Source: Eledone cirrhosa
Taxonomy: Eukaryota
DNA: 64,000 bases
Assembly: GCA_964016885.1 (NCBI GenBank)
Contig: OZ024740.1
Span: 351,230,001 to 351,294,000 of the forward strand
Direction: 5' to 3'
Position 1 is the stretch's first letter, and each line of letters opens with the position of its first letter. Shown here in pieces: positions 1-13,237 of this stretch. The translations under genes were made by a program, and so were the position numbers. Under the pieces are notes generated by a model. It was given only the letters and a program-made list of their open reading frames with translations, was not told the DNA's origin and made no database searches.

Positions 1-1758
1 AAACACTTCCCAGGTAATTAACTGGTTTAAAAATATTAGATGTAAATCTTCTGCTTCATTTCTACAATTTGATATAGATAATTACTATTCTTCTATATCA
101 CCTATACTCCTGAACAAAGCATTGATATTTGCTAAAAATAGATCTAACTTAACTTTGGATGACATTAATATTATTACACATGCTAGACTAACACTTATTG
201 AATTTCAGAATGAATACTGGACCAGAAACACATATAGTAATCTATTTGATATTACTATGGGTTCAAGCGATTCCGCCCAAATTACTGATCTTGTGGGCCT
301 CTTTCTCCTTTTCAACATAAATGCCTCCTTTCCCCACCTTAAAGGTGGTTTATATCGTGATGACTGTCTTCTTCTTTCCAACAACCTTAGCCTTTCAGAA
401 ATAGAAAAAAACAAAAAGCATATTAGAACTTTCCTTAAAGACTATTATAGTCTTCATATTACTTTTGAAAAAACAAGTAAAGTAGTAAATTTCCTAGATA
501 TAACTTTAGACTTAGCTACGGGTATCTACCAACCTTACCATAAACCCAACCAAAACTTACACTACATACACTCACAATCTAATCACCCTAAATCATCCTT
601 AAAAACCTTGCATATAATATATCACTTAGAATTTCTAACCTTTCTTCTAACCAAGATGTATTTGATAAAAATGCGACCTTCTATAATGAAGCTCTAGATA
701 GAAGTGGCCAAAAAAATAGATTAGAATATATACCTTCTACTAAAAATAAAAATACTATAAACATACAACCTAATATTACCAACAAACACCAAATGAAAAG
801 TACACACCTAAATGCCATCCACACTATACCCCAAAATACCAACAACTCTTCTAATATAAAGTATAGTAACTCTCAAAAAACTACTCATCATACAACTCTA
901 ATAAATGTTAATAATAAAACTCCTAATAAACAAGATAAAACACCTAAATCTATAAATCTAACTAAAAATGTGCGTGCTGAGATCATTAACATTAATCCTC
1001 CTAGTAAACATCACGATACAACCTATAAAAATAATAAACAACATAGAAACCGTAATAGACGAGTTACTTGGTATAATGCTCCATTTAATTTACAAATTAA
1101 GGATAATATTGCTAAAAAAATTTTTTATATTCTAGAGAAAAACTTCCCGCCAAACCACAAATACCATCAAATCTTAAATAGGTCTACAGTTAAATTCTCA
1201 TACTCAACAACCAATAACATAAAACAAAATATAAGTGCCTATAATGCATATAAATGTAAGAATACCATAAGTATACCACCAATACATCAAACTAACCATA
1301 ATATCTCCTCAAATACAGAATTAACGAAAGGTTGTAACTGTAGAAACAAAGCAAACTGCCCATTAAAAAGAAATTGTCTTGTTAACAACATAGTTTATAA
1401 ATGTAATGTTAAAACTAAAGATTCTATTTGCTCATATATAGGAGCTACTTCTAACAATTTTAAGGTAAGGTTTAATACCCACAAACATAGTTTTAAAAAT
1501 GCCGCACTGGCTAATACAACATCTCTAGCAGAAAAAATCAATAGTTATAAAAATAAGAATATAGAATATGATATGACCTGGAGTGTGCTCAAAAGAGCCA
1601 CCCCTTATCAAAATAATAGAAATGAATGTAGATTATGTTCCCAAGAACTATTTGAAATAATGAAATCTAAGGATATCCTATTAAATAAACGACAGGAATT
1701 AATTATATCGTGTAATCATAAACTAAGAAAAACATTTAAATATTATAAACCTAATTAA
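1..1758 (+). mobile_element. Penelope-like element (Naiad-like) ORF: RT + Zn-linker + GIY-YIG, one frameshift near 600, 5' part outside window
   Basis: FLQFDI..YYSSI, MGSSDSAQITDLVG, GGLYRDD, VNFLDITLDL, VTWYNAPFN, CNCRNKANCPLKRNC, IVY...YIGATS.FK.RFN.H, CRLC..E, LLNKRQEL..SCNH. Confidence 0.95.
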
Positions 1759-2236
1759 TAACATTATTTTAGATATTAATATATAATTTAATATAAATGT
1801 TAGTTAACCTATAAATTTAATTTAATTAAAATTCTACTACAGATGAGATTATAAAATATTGTGTAATCATAAATTGTGAATAACTTTTAAATATTACTAA
1901 TATATACTTTGTAAATTAATTTATAGATTAATTTTAATTTATTTAACCTTTTATTAAAATTCCTTTACAGATAAAATATAACAAAATATCGTGTATTCAA
2001 TGACAGAGAAATATTTTTTTAATATTATAGACCTAATTAATGTACAATTTAGAAATATATTTATAATTTGGTTTTAATTTGGTTAACCTAAAAATTTAAT
2101 TTAATTGGCTTAAAATTAAAATCCTAATACAGATGGATTGCAGAGTGTCATGTAATCATAGACTGAGATAGGTTTTAGATGTATACCTAGTTAATATATT
2201 CTTTGCAATTTTTGAAAAAATATGTATATATATGTG

Positions 2237-2329
<93 letters not shown>

Positions 2330-2800
2330 GTGTGTGTATGTATATGTGAATATATATGTGTGTATATATTAAGTTTAATGTTTGTTTACCTATAATTATA
2401 TTCTACTATAGATAAAATACAATATCTGTTTTAATTATTATAAACCTAATTAACATATACTATAGAAATTAATATATAATTTTTAATTTAGTTAACCTAT
2501 AATTTATATTCTACTACCGATGTAATACTTTATTTGTTTTTTTTCCCTATTACTAAATTCATTTCCTAATATTGATACCATAACGTTAATAATTTTAATT
2601 TAGTTATACTATAATTAATACTCTACTACTATTTAACTTCAAAATTCCGCTTCAAATATTATAAACCTAAGTAGTATACACCTTAGAAATCAATATATTA
2701 ACTATCTTTAATTTAGTTAACCTATAATTAATAGTCTACTTATATTAAAATGCATAATTTTGCCTTCTTTCTTACATTTCCTAATACTGAAACTACTATG
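1700..2800 (+). repeat. Degenerate tandem repeat (about 130-160 bp unit) derived from the ORF 3' end
   Basis: gtgtaatcat-like motif at about 1710, 1861, 1991, 2150; ttataaacctaattaa and ttagttaacctataa motifs recur to about 2730. Confidence 0.75.
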
Positions 2801-2919
2801 TAAACACATATTATGATCTAAATGCAGATTAATATTCTATGTTTCTTGAAACCTATATTTACTATAATCCCCTTCCCCCCCCCCTATTATTATTTGTATT
2901 TGTAAGCGTGGATGTATGT

Positions 2920-3008
2920 ATGTATATGTAGGTAGGTATGTATGTTTGGGTGTTTGTATGTGAGTATAAAAATACATATGTGCGCATGTAATTAAGGGTG
3001 TATGATTG

Positions 3009-3091
<83 letters not shown>

Positions 3092-3192
3092 CTATGTATT
3101 TATGTGGGTATATGTGTGTATGTATACGTCTATGTGTATATGTGTGTATGTGTATATATGTACGTATATGTGCATGTATATGTGAGTGTGTG

Positions 3193-3261
<69 letters not shown>

Positions 3262-3311
3262 AGTTGATGTGTGCATGTGTATATATATATATGTATGTAT
3301 ATGTATGTATA

Positions 3312-3362
<51 letters not shown>

Positions 3363-3806
3363 GTGTATATATATATATATGTATGTGTGTGCATATTTGT
3401 CTGACTGGGTGTATTAATTTAATATTTATTTATTTATTTTATTCTTTTATTTCTTTATTTTTATATATATGTGTATATATATGTATATATATATATATGT
3501 ATATATATGTGTGTGTGTATGTATATGTATGTATGTATGTGTATGTATATGAGTGTGTGTGTGTATGTGTGTATATATTTATATGTGTATATATATCTCT
3601 ATTTATATATGTATATATGTGTATGTATATCCCTTTATTTATGTATGTCTGAGTTGTGTGAGCGTGTGGTTGTGTTTGTATGTGTATACGCATACATGGA
3701 TGTGTATGTATGTGTATATATGCGTATATGTATGTGTGTATCTGTGTGTGTATATATGTATGTCTATGTATGAGTATATATATGTATGTATGTATATATA
3801 TGTGTG

Positions 3807-3849
<43 letters not shown>

Positions 3850-3912
3850 TATATGCGTGTGTGTATATATATATATATCTTTGTGTATATGTGTATGTGT
3901 ACATGTGTGTGT

Positions 3913-3962
<50 letters not shown>

Positions 3963-3963
3963 G

Positions 3964-4007
<44 letters not shown>

Positions 4008-4101
4008 TGGGTATGTATGTGTATATGTGTATATACATGAGTGTATTTATGTATGTGTGTATATATATATATATGTGTGTGTTGTGAATGTATGTATATA
4101 T

Positions 4102-4133
<32 letters not shown>

Positions 4134-4285
4134 GTGTGTATATATGTATATGTCTATGTATTTATATGTGTATATATATGTGTCTCTATATGTATGCGCG
4201 TGTGTGTATGTGTATGTTTATATATATGGTGTGTGTATGTATATGTATGTGTATGTATGTGTTTATGTATATGTTTATGTATATG

Positions 4286-4344
<59 letters not shown>

Positions 4345-4376
4345 ATGTATATCGATGTATATTTTATATTTTACTT

Positions 4377-4434
<58 letters not shown>

Positions 4435-4435
4435 T
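2920..4435. repeat. Compound (TA)n/(TATG)n/(TG)n microsatellite field
   Basis: Direct inspection. Confidence 0.95.
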
Positions 4436-5028
4436 TAATATTTTTCTTTTTTCTTTTTCTTTTTATTTCTAAATTTATAGATACATTTATAAATAGGCAG
4501 TTTGCTGACACCAGTAAATACTGACCTCTTCCCCCCCCCCCCACCTACTTTCTGTATTTGGATCTAAATATGTGTGGCAGTGTTTATGTGCGCGCATTAA
4601 TGTCCATATGCTTATGATAATAGTATATACACATATATGTGTGTGGGAGTGTGTGTGTGTATGTATGTTCGTGGTTGTGTGTATGTTTATGCGTATATGC
4701 GCGTGTGTGTGTGAATGTATGTATATGTGTGAGTATATGAATGTGTATATATTTATTTTTATATTTATATGTTTATATGCGTATATGTATTTAATCTGTA
4801 GATTATAAACATACAGAGACATTAGCCCTGAATTTTTGTATTTACATACATCTTTTCGGCATGCGTATGCATGTGAACATATATTTTTATGCATATCTGT
4901 GAACGAAGTTACTTACATATATACACACACCTAACTGTATAAACTTTTTGTGTTTCCATTGGTCAATTTGAACTCTGTTCCCAAACAGACCTGTAATTTT
5001 GAATTGTTGTTATTATCAATAAATATAT

Positions 5029-5182
5029 TTCATTATTTCTGAAGACGGCATATATATGAGTTGGTATGTATATTTAATTTTGATAGTTTGTATAATTTTG
5101 TATAATTTTGTACATAGATCTGTTAAATATACATGCCAATTCTAACACATATATATCCCAGAAACGATCGTTAAATAATGAA
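5029..5182 (+). ncRNA. Type I hammerhead ribozyme, family A, with giant stem II
   Basis: Stem I UUCAUUAUUU/AAAUAAUGAA (10 bp), CUGAAGA 5039-5045, 115 nt stem II, GAAA 5161-5164, C-GAUC-G stem III, GUU site at 5172. Confidence 0.85.
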
Positions 5183-5236
5183 CTTTTTTTGTTTAATATA
5201 AGGAACTGTTTCATTGTTTTATTCATTATTTTTTTA

Positions 5237-5332
<96 letters not shown>

Positions 5333-5964
5333 GAAATCTAAAATTCAACTGGAATCTTATTTAAACAAATATATATATATTTATTTGGTTCCGTTACCGG
5401 TTTCGCAGTTCTTCTGCTTTTCAAAAGTAGAGTTGAGATGGAGGGTCTGTGGTTTTTCTCACATCTGGTGTGAGAAAAACCACAGACCCTCCATTTCTTT
5501 GACATTAGAGATAGAACAGATACTCTATACCATTTCCTGTCAGCATGACTTGGCAAGCTATTTAGAACACTGGTTTAACCGCTTTACTTCCCTCCGAAGA
5601 AGAGATATTATCTCGAAAATTAAGGACATTTAAATAAATATAAGGTAAAAGACTAATTGTCAACAACATCTTTTGCATTTGCATTCTTTGTTCTATGTCC
5701 ATACCTGCATTGTTTTGGCTTTATTATACATATACAAACGTTTATACCTCATTACACAATGCTTCAAGTGAACTATAACTTCCTCCCGTATATATATATG
5801 TATATATATATACATATATATATGTATATATATGTATATATATATGTATATATATGTATATATATATATGTATATATATATGTATATATGTATATATATA
5901 TATGTATATATATATGCATATATATATGTATATATATATTATGCATATATATATATATATATAT

Positions 5965-6776
<812 letters not shown>

Positions 6777-6781
6777 ATATA

Positions 6782-7390
6782 CAGGTCAGGTCACCAGTTG
6801 GTGCTACTGGTAACATGTATCCCAGTACAACATGTCTCATGGTCGGGTCGTTGGCGACTAAACTGGCAATCCCACCAAGGTTTCTTGGTGACGAGGGTGA
6901 CTTTGGACATCCTGCAGGACTAAAAACAAAACCTGTCAAAGGGCAAAGGAGCTCTTAAGAGTCAATGGCCATCCAAAATCACCGGGAGAGATGACCCCTT
7001 AGCCTTTGTCAGGGCAGAATTCTAGGAGAAGGAAAACTCTGATATAACACCTGCAACCCTGATGGTATCCAATGATGTTGACTTCTTCTTTTTGGTAAAT
7101 ATCATCTTGGTTAGGAGAGTGGGGCTGGCTTTGTGCAATGCTTTTGCTCACTATAAAAGCTTCACGGCACAGGTATTGCTTTATATCTGGAGATCTCTCT
7201 GCACTTGTCGCCACATGGTACCATGGGCCCAGCACTATGTGTCAATAATTGTCACAAGTGTAGTGTTTGTACCAGAGTTTTCAAGTCGCACGCTGGACTA
7301 AAAAGTCACACTTGTTCAGCGTATCAGTAGGTGTTCTTCTACATTCATATAAAGTAGTGGCCGTACTCGAAAACGAATTGGCAGCCACCA
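6782..7390 (+). mobile_element. Non-autonomous RTE-derived (SINE-like) repeat
   Basis: RTE 5'UTR-like motif ctaggagaaggaaaactctga at 7022-7042; homologous copies at 15658-16133, 33525-33809, 36100-36262; 3' end runs into microsatellite. Confidence 0.6.
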
Positions 7391-7681
7391 TATATATATA
7401 TGTATATATGTATATATATGTATTTATATATACGTATATGTATGTATATATATATGTATGTATATATATATGTATATATATATATATGTATGTATATATA
7501 TGTATATATATATATGTATATATATATATGTATATATATATGTATATATATGTATATATATATATGTATATATATATGTATATATATGTATATATATATG
7601 TATACATATATATAATGTGTTTATATATATGTATATATATATATATATGTATATATATGTATATATATATATGTATGTATA

Positions 7682-7774
<93 letters not shown>

Positions 7775-7825
7775 ATATGTATATATATGTATATATATAT
7801 GTATGTATATATATGTATATATATG

Positions 7826-7856
<31 letters not shown>

Positions 7857-8084
7857 GTATGTATATATATATGTATGTATATATATGTATATAAATGTGT
7901 ATATATATGTGCATATATATGTATGTATATATATGTATATATATATATGTATATATATATATGTATATATATGTATATATATGTATGTATATATATGTAC
8001 ATATATATATGTATATATATGTATTTATATTTATATATGTATATTTATGTATATATATGTATGTATATATATGTATATATATAT
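7391..8084. repeat. (TA)n/(TATG)n microsatellite
   Basis: Direct inspection. Confidence 0.95.
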
Positions 8085-8085
8085 G

Positions 8086-8160
8086 CAATGACGTAGCTAG
8101 GGTGTGGTAAGCGGGGCACATGCCGAGGGCGCCATATTTAGGGGGCGCAATTTCGACCTA
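8086..8160 (+). mobile_element. Possible left terminus of a hAT-like DNA transposon/MITE
   Basis: caatgacgtagctaggg...gcggggcacatgccgagggcgcc resembles CAGTGGCGTAGCTAGG-type TIRs; partner TIR not seen. Confidence 0.4.
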
Positions 8161-9294
8161 GATCGATTTACATCCATGTCCTTTTTATCATTTTTAAAGA
8201 TATAAACCAAAAATGAAGCATGTTATTTTTTGATAGCCGACTTCCACGCCATGTCTAGTGCACTAGATAGAGCAGATGTCTGATTTGACTTCACAAAAAC
8301 GCCCCCGCCCCCTTGACACCGACAGCAGGGTGGGTTGCAATTATGCGGGCACTACATTTAGCTATACATTGCAAAACAGCGGATACCTCACTTGACCTCA
8401 CAAAACCGCCCCGCCCCCACACACACTGACTGAAGGGACGTAGTTTTGGACGTGCAACTGGTGGACACGCAGGCGCTATTTTTAGCAATGCATTGCAATG
8501 ACCAATACAAGATAATTATAATTATGAAGCTGGTTTACAAAACAGAGTAGTTTGTCTTTTACAACTGGTACATATAAGACGTATAGAAAAGGTATCATAA
8601 TCCAAATGGCCAGATAGGATCGGATAGCTTCTATTAGGAATTCAATTTGACTCCAGTTTAGATGGTTCAATCTTTTCTTCTATAATATAAATGTTTTGAT
8701 GGAAGGCTTCGTGTGATGTATGCAGACAAGAATGATATATACGTAATGTTCATTTACAGTTCACTGGATAAAGATGTTAATTGGTTATGCATTTGTATAT
8801 GAATGAATAAAGGAGACAACAGAGATTATCAACGATGTATAAATGAATATGTAGCGCCCCACCCCCTTGCGGCGGACATCAGAACTAAAATAAGAGTTGC
8901 GTCCCTTTGTGACGGTAGTGACCACTGGTGTCACCTACAGGAGGTAAAAGGAGTTACGTCTTCTTGGCCACTATAAGTAAGAGGCTGAAATATCAACTCG
9001 CTCTTTTTGACGCAGCAGTCTCGTTAACAACACGCCAGAATGCAGAGCAAATCCTCAACTCACCAACAGCCTTCTCCAATTAAAAAAAAACAAAACAACA
9101 TTAAAATTTTTCTGCCTTGAATTTTTGTGACTTGTCGATTCCGGATTTTGCAAATTCACCAGATATTTTTTTTTTCTCCTTTCTTCATGGATGTTGAGGG
9201 AAATTTGTGTTGTTTTCCCGTTGTTCCAAACATCTAACACGCGTTGCATTTCTTTACTTGGATATCATTTAGTATTTTTATGTGGAACTGATAC

Positions 9295-10089
9295 ATGCTA
9301 ATGATGAGTAGTCCTAATTTACCTGCTTTTTCTGGTGATCCCAAGCTCTGGTTTGCGCAACTGGACGCATATTTTGCTGCAAATGGAATTAAAACAGAGC
9401 AGAAACTCAATGTTTTGATTAGTGGCATACCTTCGTCGCTCGCCACCACGGTGAAAGATTTAATAACGGACCCGCCAACCTGTACTTCGTATGATTCGTT
9501 GAGGACGGAAATATTAAGGAGAAACTGCCGTTTTGCTGAAAGCAGGTTTCGTGCATTATTGGAGGATGAGTGTTTAGGTGACAGGTCGCCGTCCGAATTT
9601 TTACGCCACATTCGCGACCTCAGTGAATCGCCCGATGAGGATAGTTCATTTATCAGAAAGCTATTTTTCTCTCGCTTGCCAAACAATGTCCAGATTATAT
9701 TGGCTAATATAGTGGTCTCGAGCTTGGTGGAGCAGATCGTTTCGTCTGCCGATCGAATTGTGGAATTCTCTAGGAAAACTACCTCGTAGGACTCGCTTGT
9801 TGCCTCTTCGACCTTTCCGAACCAGCCCGTCTCGACACATAAGGATGCCATGTTGAAGGCGATTGACGCATTGACGCGTCAAGTTGCGAAATTACGTAGG
9901 GAGAGTAGGCCATCTCCCAGGCGGCCAAGAAATCGTTCACGTTCCTTCGCGACTTCACGCTGTTACGCCAGCTCGCCCGCCAGCAATTCGTCTTTTTGCT
10001 GGTATCATGCCACCTTCGCTGATAAAGCAAAACACTGCCGGCCACCGTGTAACTATTCAACTTCGGGAAACGCAAACCAAAGTCACTGA
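9295..10089 (+). pseudogene. Gypsy gag (stop at 9787-9789)
   Basis: LPAF..DPKLWFAQLDAYF, LGDRSPSEFLR, CWYH..F...A..C..PC knuckle. Confidence 0.9.
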
Positions 10090-12840
10090 AGGCGGCAGCT
10101 TATCTCTGTGCTACACACCCAAACCGCCACTTCTTTACTGAGGAACTCCTGTCCGGAAGATCTTTCCTCGTAGATACGGGAGCCTCCTGCAGCATTTGGC
10201 TGGTGAACTGTGTTAAAGAAACTCCTCCTGAGTCATCAATGAATCTACAAGCTGTCAATCATTCGCCGATACGGACATTTGGACAAATCTCGCTTCCTCT
10301 GCAATTCAGAAATCTTCGACGAGAATTCAAATGGATTTTTACGGTTGCTGACCTACCATATCCGATCTTGGGAGCAGATTTTCTACACCATTTTGCATTG
10401 ACGGTGGACGTCCGTGGCCGACGCCTAGTAGACGGCATTACTGGTTTTTCTCTTCGTGGCCAGAAAGCTAATTTTCCAACGGTTAGCCCGACCTTCTTCA
10501 TCGCTAATGCTGAGAATGCCTATCATGCATTGTTGAATTCTTTCCCACAGCTTACTCAGGGAAATTTTCGAGTTGTCGAACCGACTCACTCAACCGTACA
10601 TTTCATCTCCACTACTGGTGCTCCAGTGTTTTCCCGTCCTCGCCGCTTACCTGCGGACAAATTGAAGGCAGTACGGTCCGAGTTCGATCATATGCTACAG
10701 CTAGGCATAATTCGCCCGTCTACGAGCCCTTGGGCTTCTCCGTTGCACATGGTACCCAAGACTTCTGGCGACTGGAGAGCCACTGGTGATTATAGGAAGT
10801 TAAATGCTATAACTGTCCCGGATAGATATCCTATTCCACATCTGCAAGATTTTGCATCGTCGTTACAAGGATGTAAAGTTTTCTCAAAGCTTTGGTGCGA
10901 GCTTATCACCAGATTCCTGTCAAGAAAGAAGATATTCCGAAAACGGCCATTACGACTCCATTTGGATTATTCGAACTTCTCACCATGCCTTTCGAACCTA
11001 GGAATGCTACTAGCACCTTTCAACGATTCATGGATGAGGTCACTCGTGGTTTAGACTTCGTCTACACTTATATTGATGATCTACTTATTGCTAGTTCCTC
11101 CAGAGAAGAACACATACGTCATTTGAATCTTTTGTTTTGTCGACTCAAGGATTACAGTGTTCAAATAAAGCCCACAAAATGTGTTTTCGGTGCGGAATCA
11201 CTGAATCTTTTAGGTCATGTCATTGACTCCGAAGGTATTCGACCCCTCCCTCAACGAGTTCAAGCTATAGAGGATTTTCCTCCGCCGATCTCACTTCGTC
11301 AGTTGCGACAATTCCTAGGACTGATAAATTTCTATAGTCGTTTTGTTCCGCATCGTGCTAATCTATTCTTCTCTCTTACTGAGATTCTGAAAAATTGCCG
11401 CAAGAAGAATAAGGAAATCTCTTTGACACAGACTCAGCTCGAGGATTTTCAAAAAGCCAAATCAGCATTGGCTAGTGCATCTTTGCTGGCCCACCCAGTG
11501 TCCAATGACAAGCTTTCGCTTTGTGTTGATGCGTCGGATACTGCAGTGGGTGCAGTCTTACAACAGAGTAGTGACGATCACCAACAACCATTGCAACACC
11601 AACAACCAACCTGCACTGGAATTGTTGGATATTACATCAGGTGAATTTGCGACGAGTAATTTGAAATACCTGCCATTGCCCACCGCAGACGGACAGATTC
11701 TCTGCGACGTTTCCGTGGATTCACCAAGACCATTCGTCCCGCTAAATCATCGTTGTACTGTGTTTCTTGCTTTACACAGCATTTCCCACCCAGGATCTTC
11801 TGCCACAGTAAAGCTCATAACAGCCAGATTCTTCTGGCCAAATATGAGGCGCGATATTACTGCTTGGTGCCGTTCCTGCATCGCTTGCCAGAAATCGAAA
11901 ATCCATAAACACGTTAAGGCTCCTCTCGGTACGTTCAGTACACCGAACGCCCGTTTCCGGCACATTCATGTGGACATCGTGGGACCTTGGCCAGTCAGTG
12001 GTGGTCATACTTATCTATTGACTATTATTGATAGTTTTTCGCGATGGCCTGAAGCCATCCCCTTGAAAGACATCACTGCTGAAACGACAGCGCGTGCCTT
12101 AGTATCAGGATGGATTGCCCGCTTTGGATGGATTGCCGATTACAACGGACCATGGAAGGCAGTTTGAATCGAATTTCTTCTATGAATTAACGAAGATCAT
12201 GGGTGCTAAACGCATCCGAACAACTTCGTATCATCCTGCATCTAACGGAATGATGGAGCATTTCCACCGACAACTAAAAGCCGCTCTCCGGACTACTTCT
12301 GACTCTACGCTTTGGAGCGAGTACCTCCCTATTGTGTTGTTGGAGATCCGGTCATCAATAAAGGTGGACCTTGGGTTCTCACCGGCCGAATTATTGTATG
12401 GTGCTCCTCTAGCGTTGTCTGGGCAAATGCTTGCCCCTGTCGATCTTGCTACACAAGATCCGATTTCCTACGTGTCCCGTCTGCGTTCGTATTTCCAGGA
12501 CCTGCCACCGATGGACACGAGGAGACAAACTATAAAAACTGCAGTCCCGAGGGATATTGGCTCGTGGACTCACGTGTTCGTGAGGAACGATGCTGTGAGA
12601 CCTCCTCTCACACAGCCGTATTCTGGATCCTACCGTGTATTAGCCCAAACTGATAAACATTTCACAGTAGACATTGGGGGTTCCAGAGAGACGGTTTCTA
12701 TCGATAGACTTAAGCGGGTCCACACAGATGCTCACACAACTGAGCCACAAACGCCCCCATCTTTCTCCTTCGCACACACACCTGCTCTTTCTTCCCCACC
12801 TTCACCTACATACAAGACCACGACCCGTTCCGGTCGAAGA
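10090..12840 (+). pseudogene. Gypsy pol (protease, RT, internally deleted RNase H, integrase), frameshifted
   Basis: [50 protein letters not shown] then deletion near 11600, [27 protein letters not shown]. Confidence 0.93.
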
Positions 12841-13237
12841 GTCAGTCCACTGGCCCAAAAAATTCTGCCAAACTTTTTTCATATGAACTGGCCATTGGCC
12901 CAACAAAATTTTGCCAAACTTTCTTTTATATGAACTGGCCACTGGAGCCTTTTTGTTTGCTTTTTCATTGAACTATGTATGCTTGTACTTTTTGAATTTT
13001 TATTACTCTTTCATGCCTGTGCTTGGATCCCATGCTTGTGGATTCGCTACAGTTACTTTCGGGCTTTTCGCCTATCATCTGGAGGAGGGTACTGTAGCGC
13101 CCCCACCCCCTTGCGGGGGACATCAGAACTAAAATAAGAGTTGCGGTAGTGGCCCCTGGTGTCACCTACAGGAGGTAAAAGGAGTTACGTCTTCTTGGCC
13201 ACTATAAGTAAGAGGCTGAAACATCAACTCGCTCTTT

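Larger units (their letters stand above)
8850..13237 (+). mobile_element. Decayed Ty3/Gypsy LTR retrotransposon
   Basis: 5' LTR starts TGTAGCGCCCC at 8850; 3' LTR starts TGTAGCGCCCC at 13093 after PPT ggaggagggtac and is truncated at about 13237; gag-PR-RT-RH-IN order. Confidence 0.95.

Noticed and set aside
4955-4966. Reverse CCAAT box upstream of the family A HHR (also near 49618)
   Set aside because: Short motif; promoter function cannot be supported from sequence alone.
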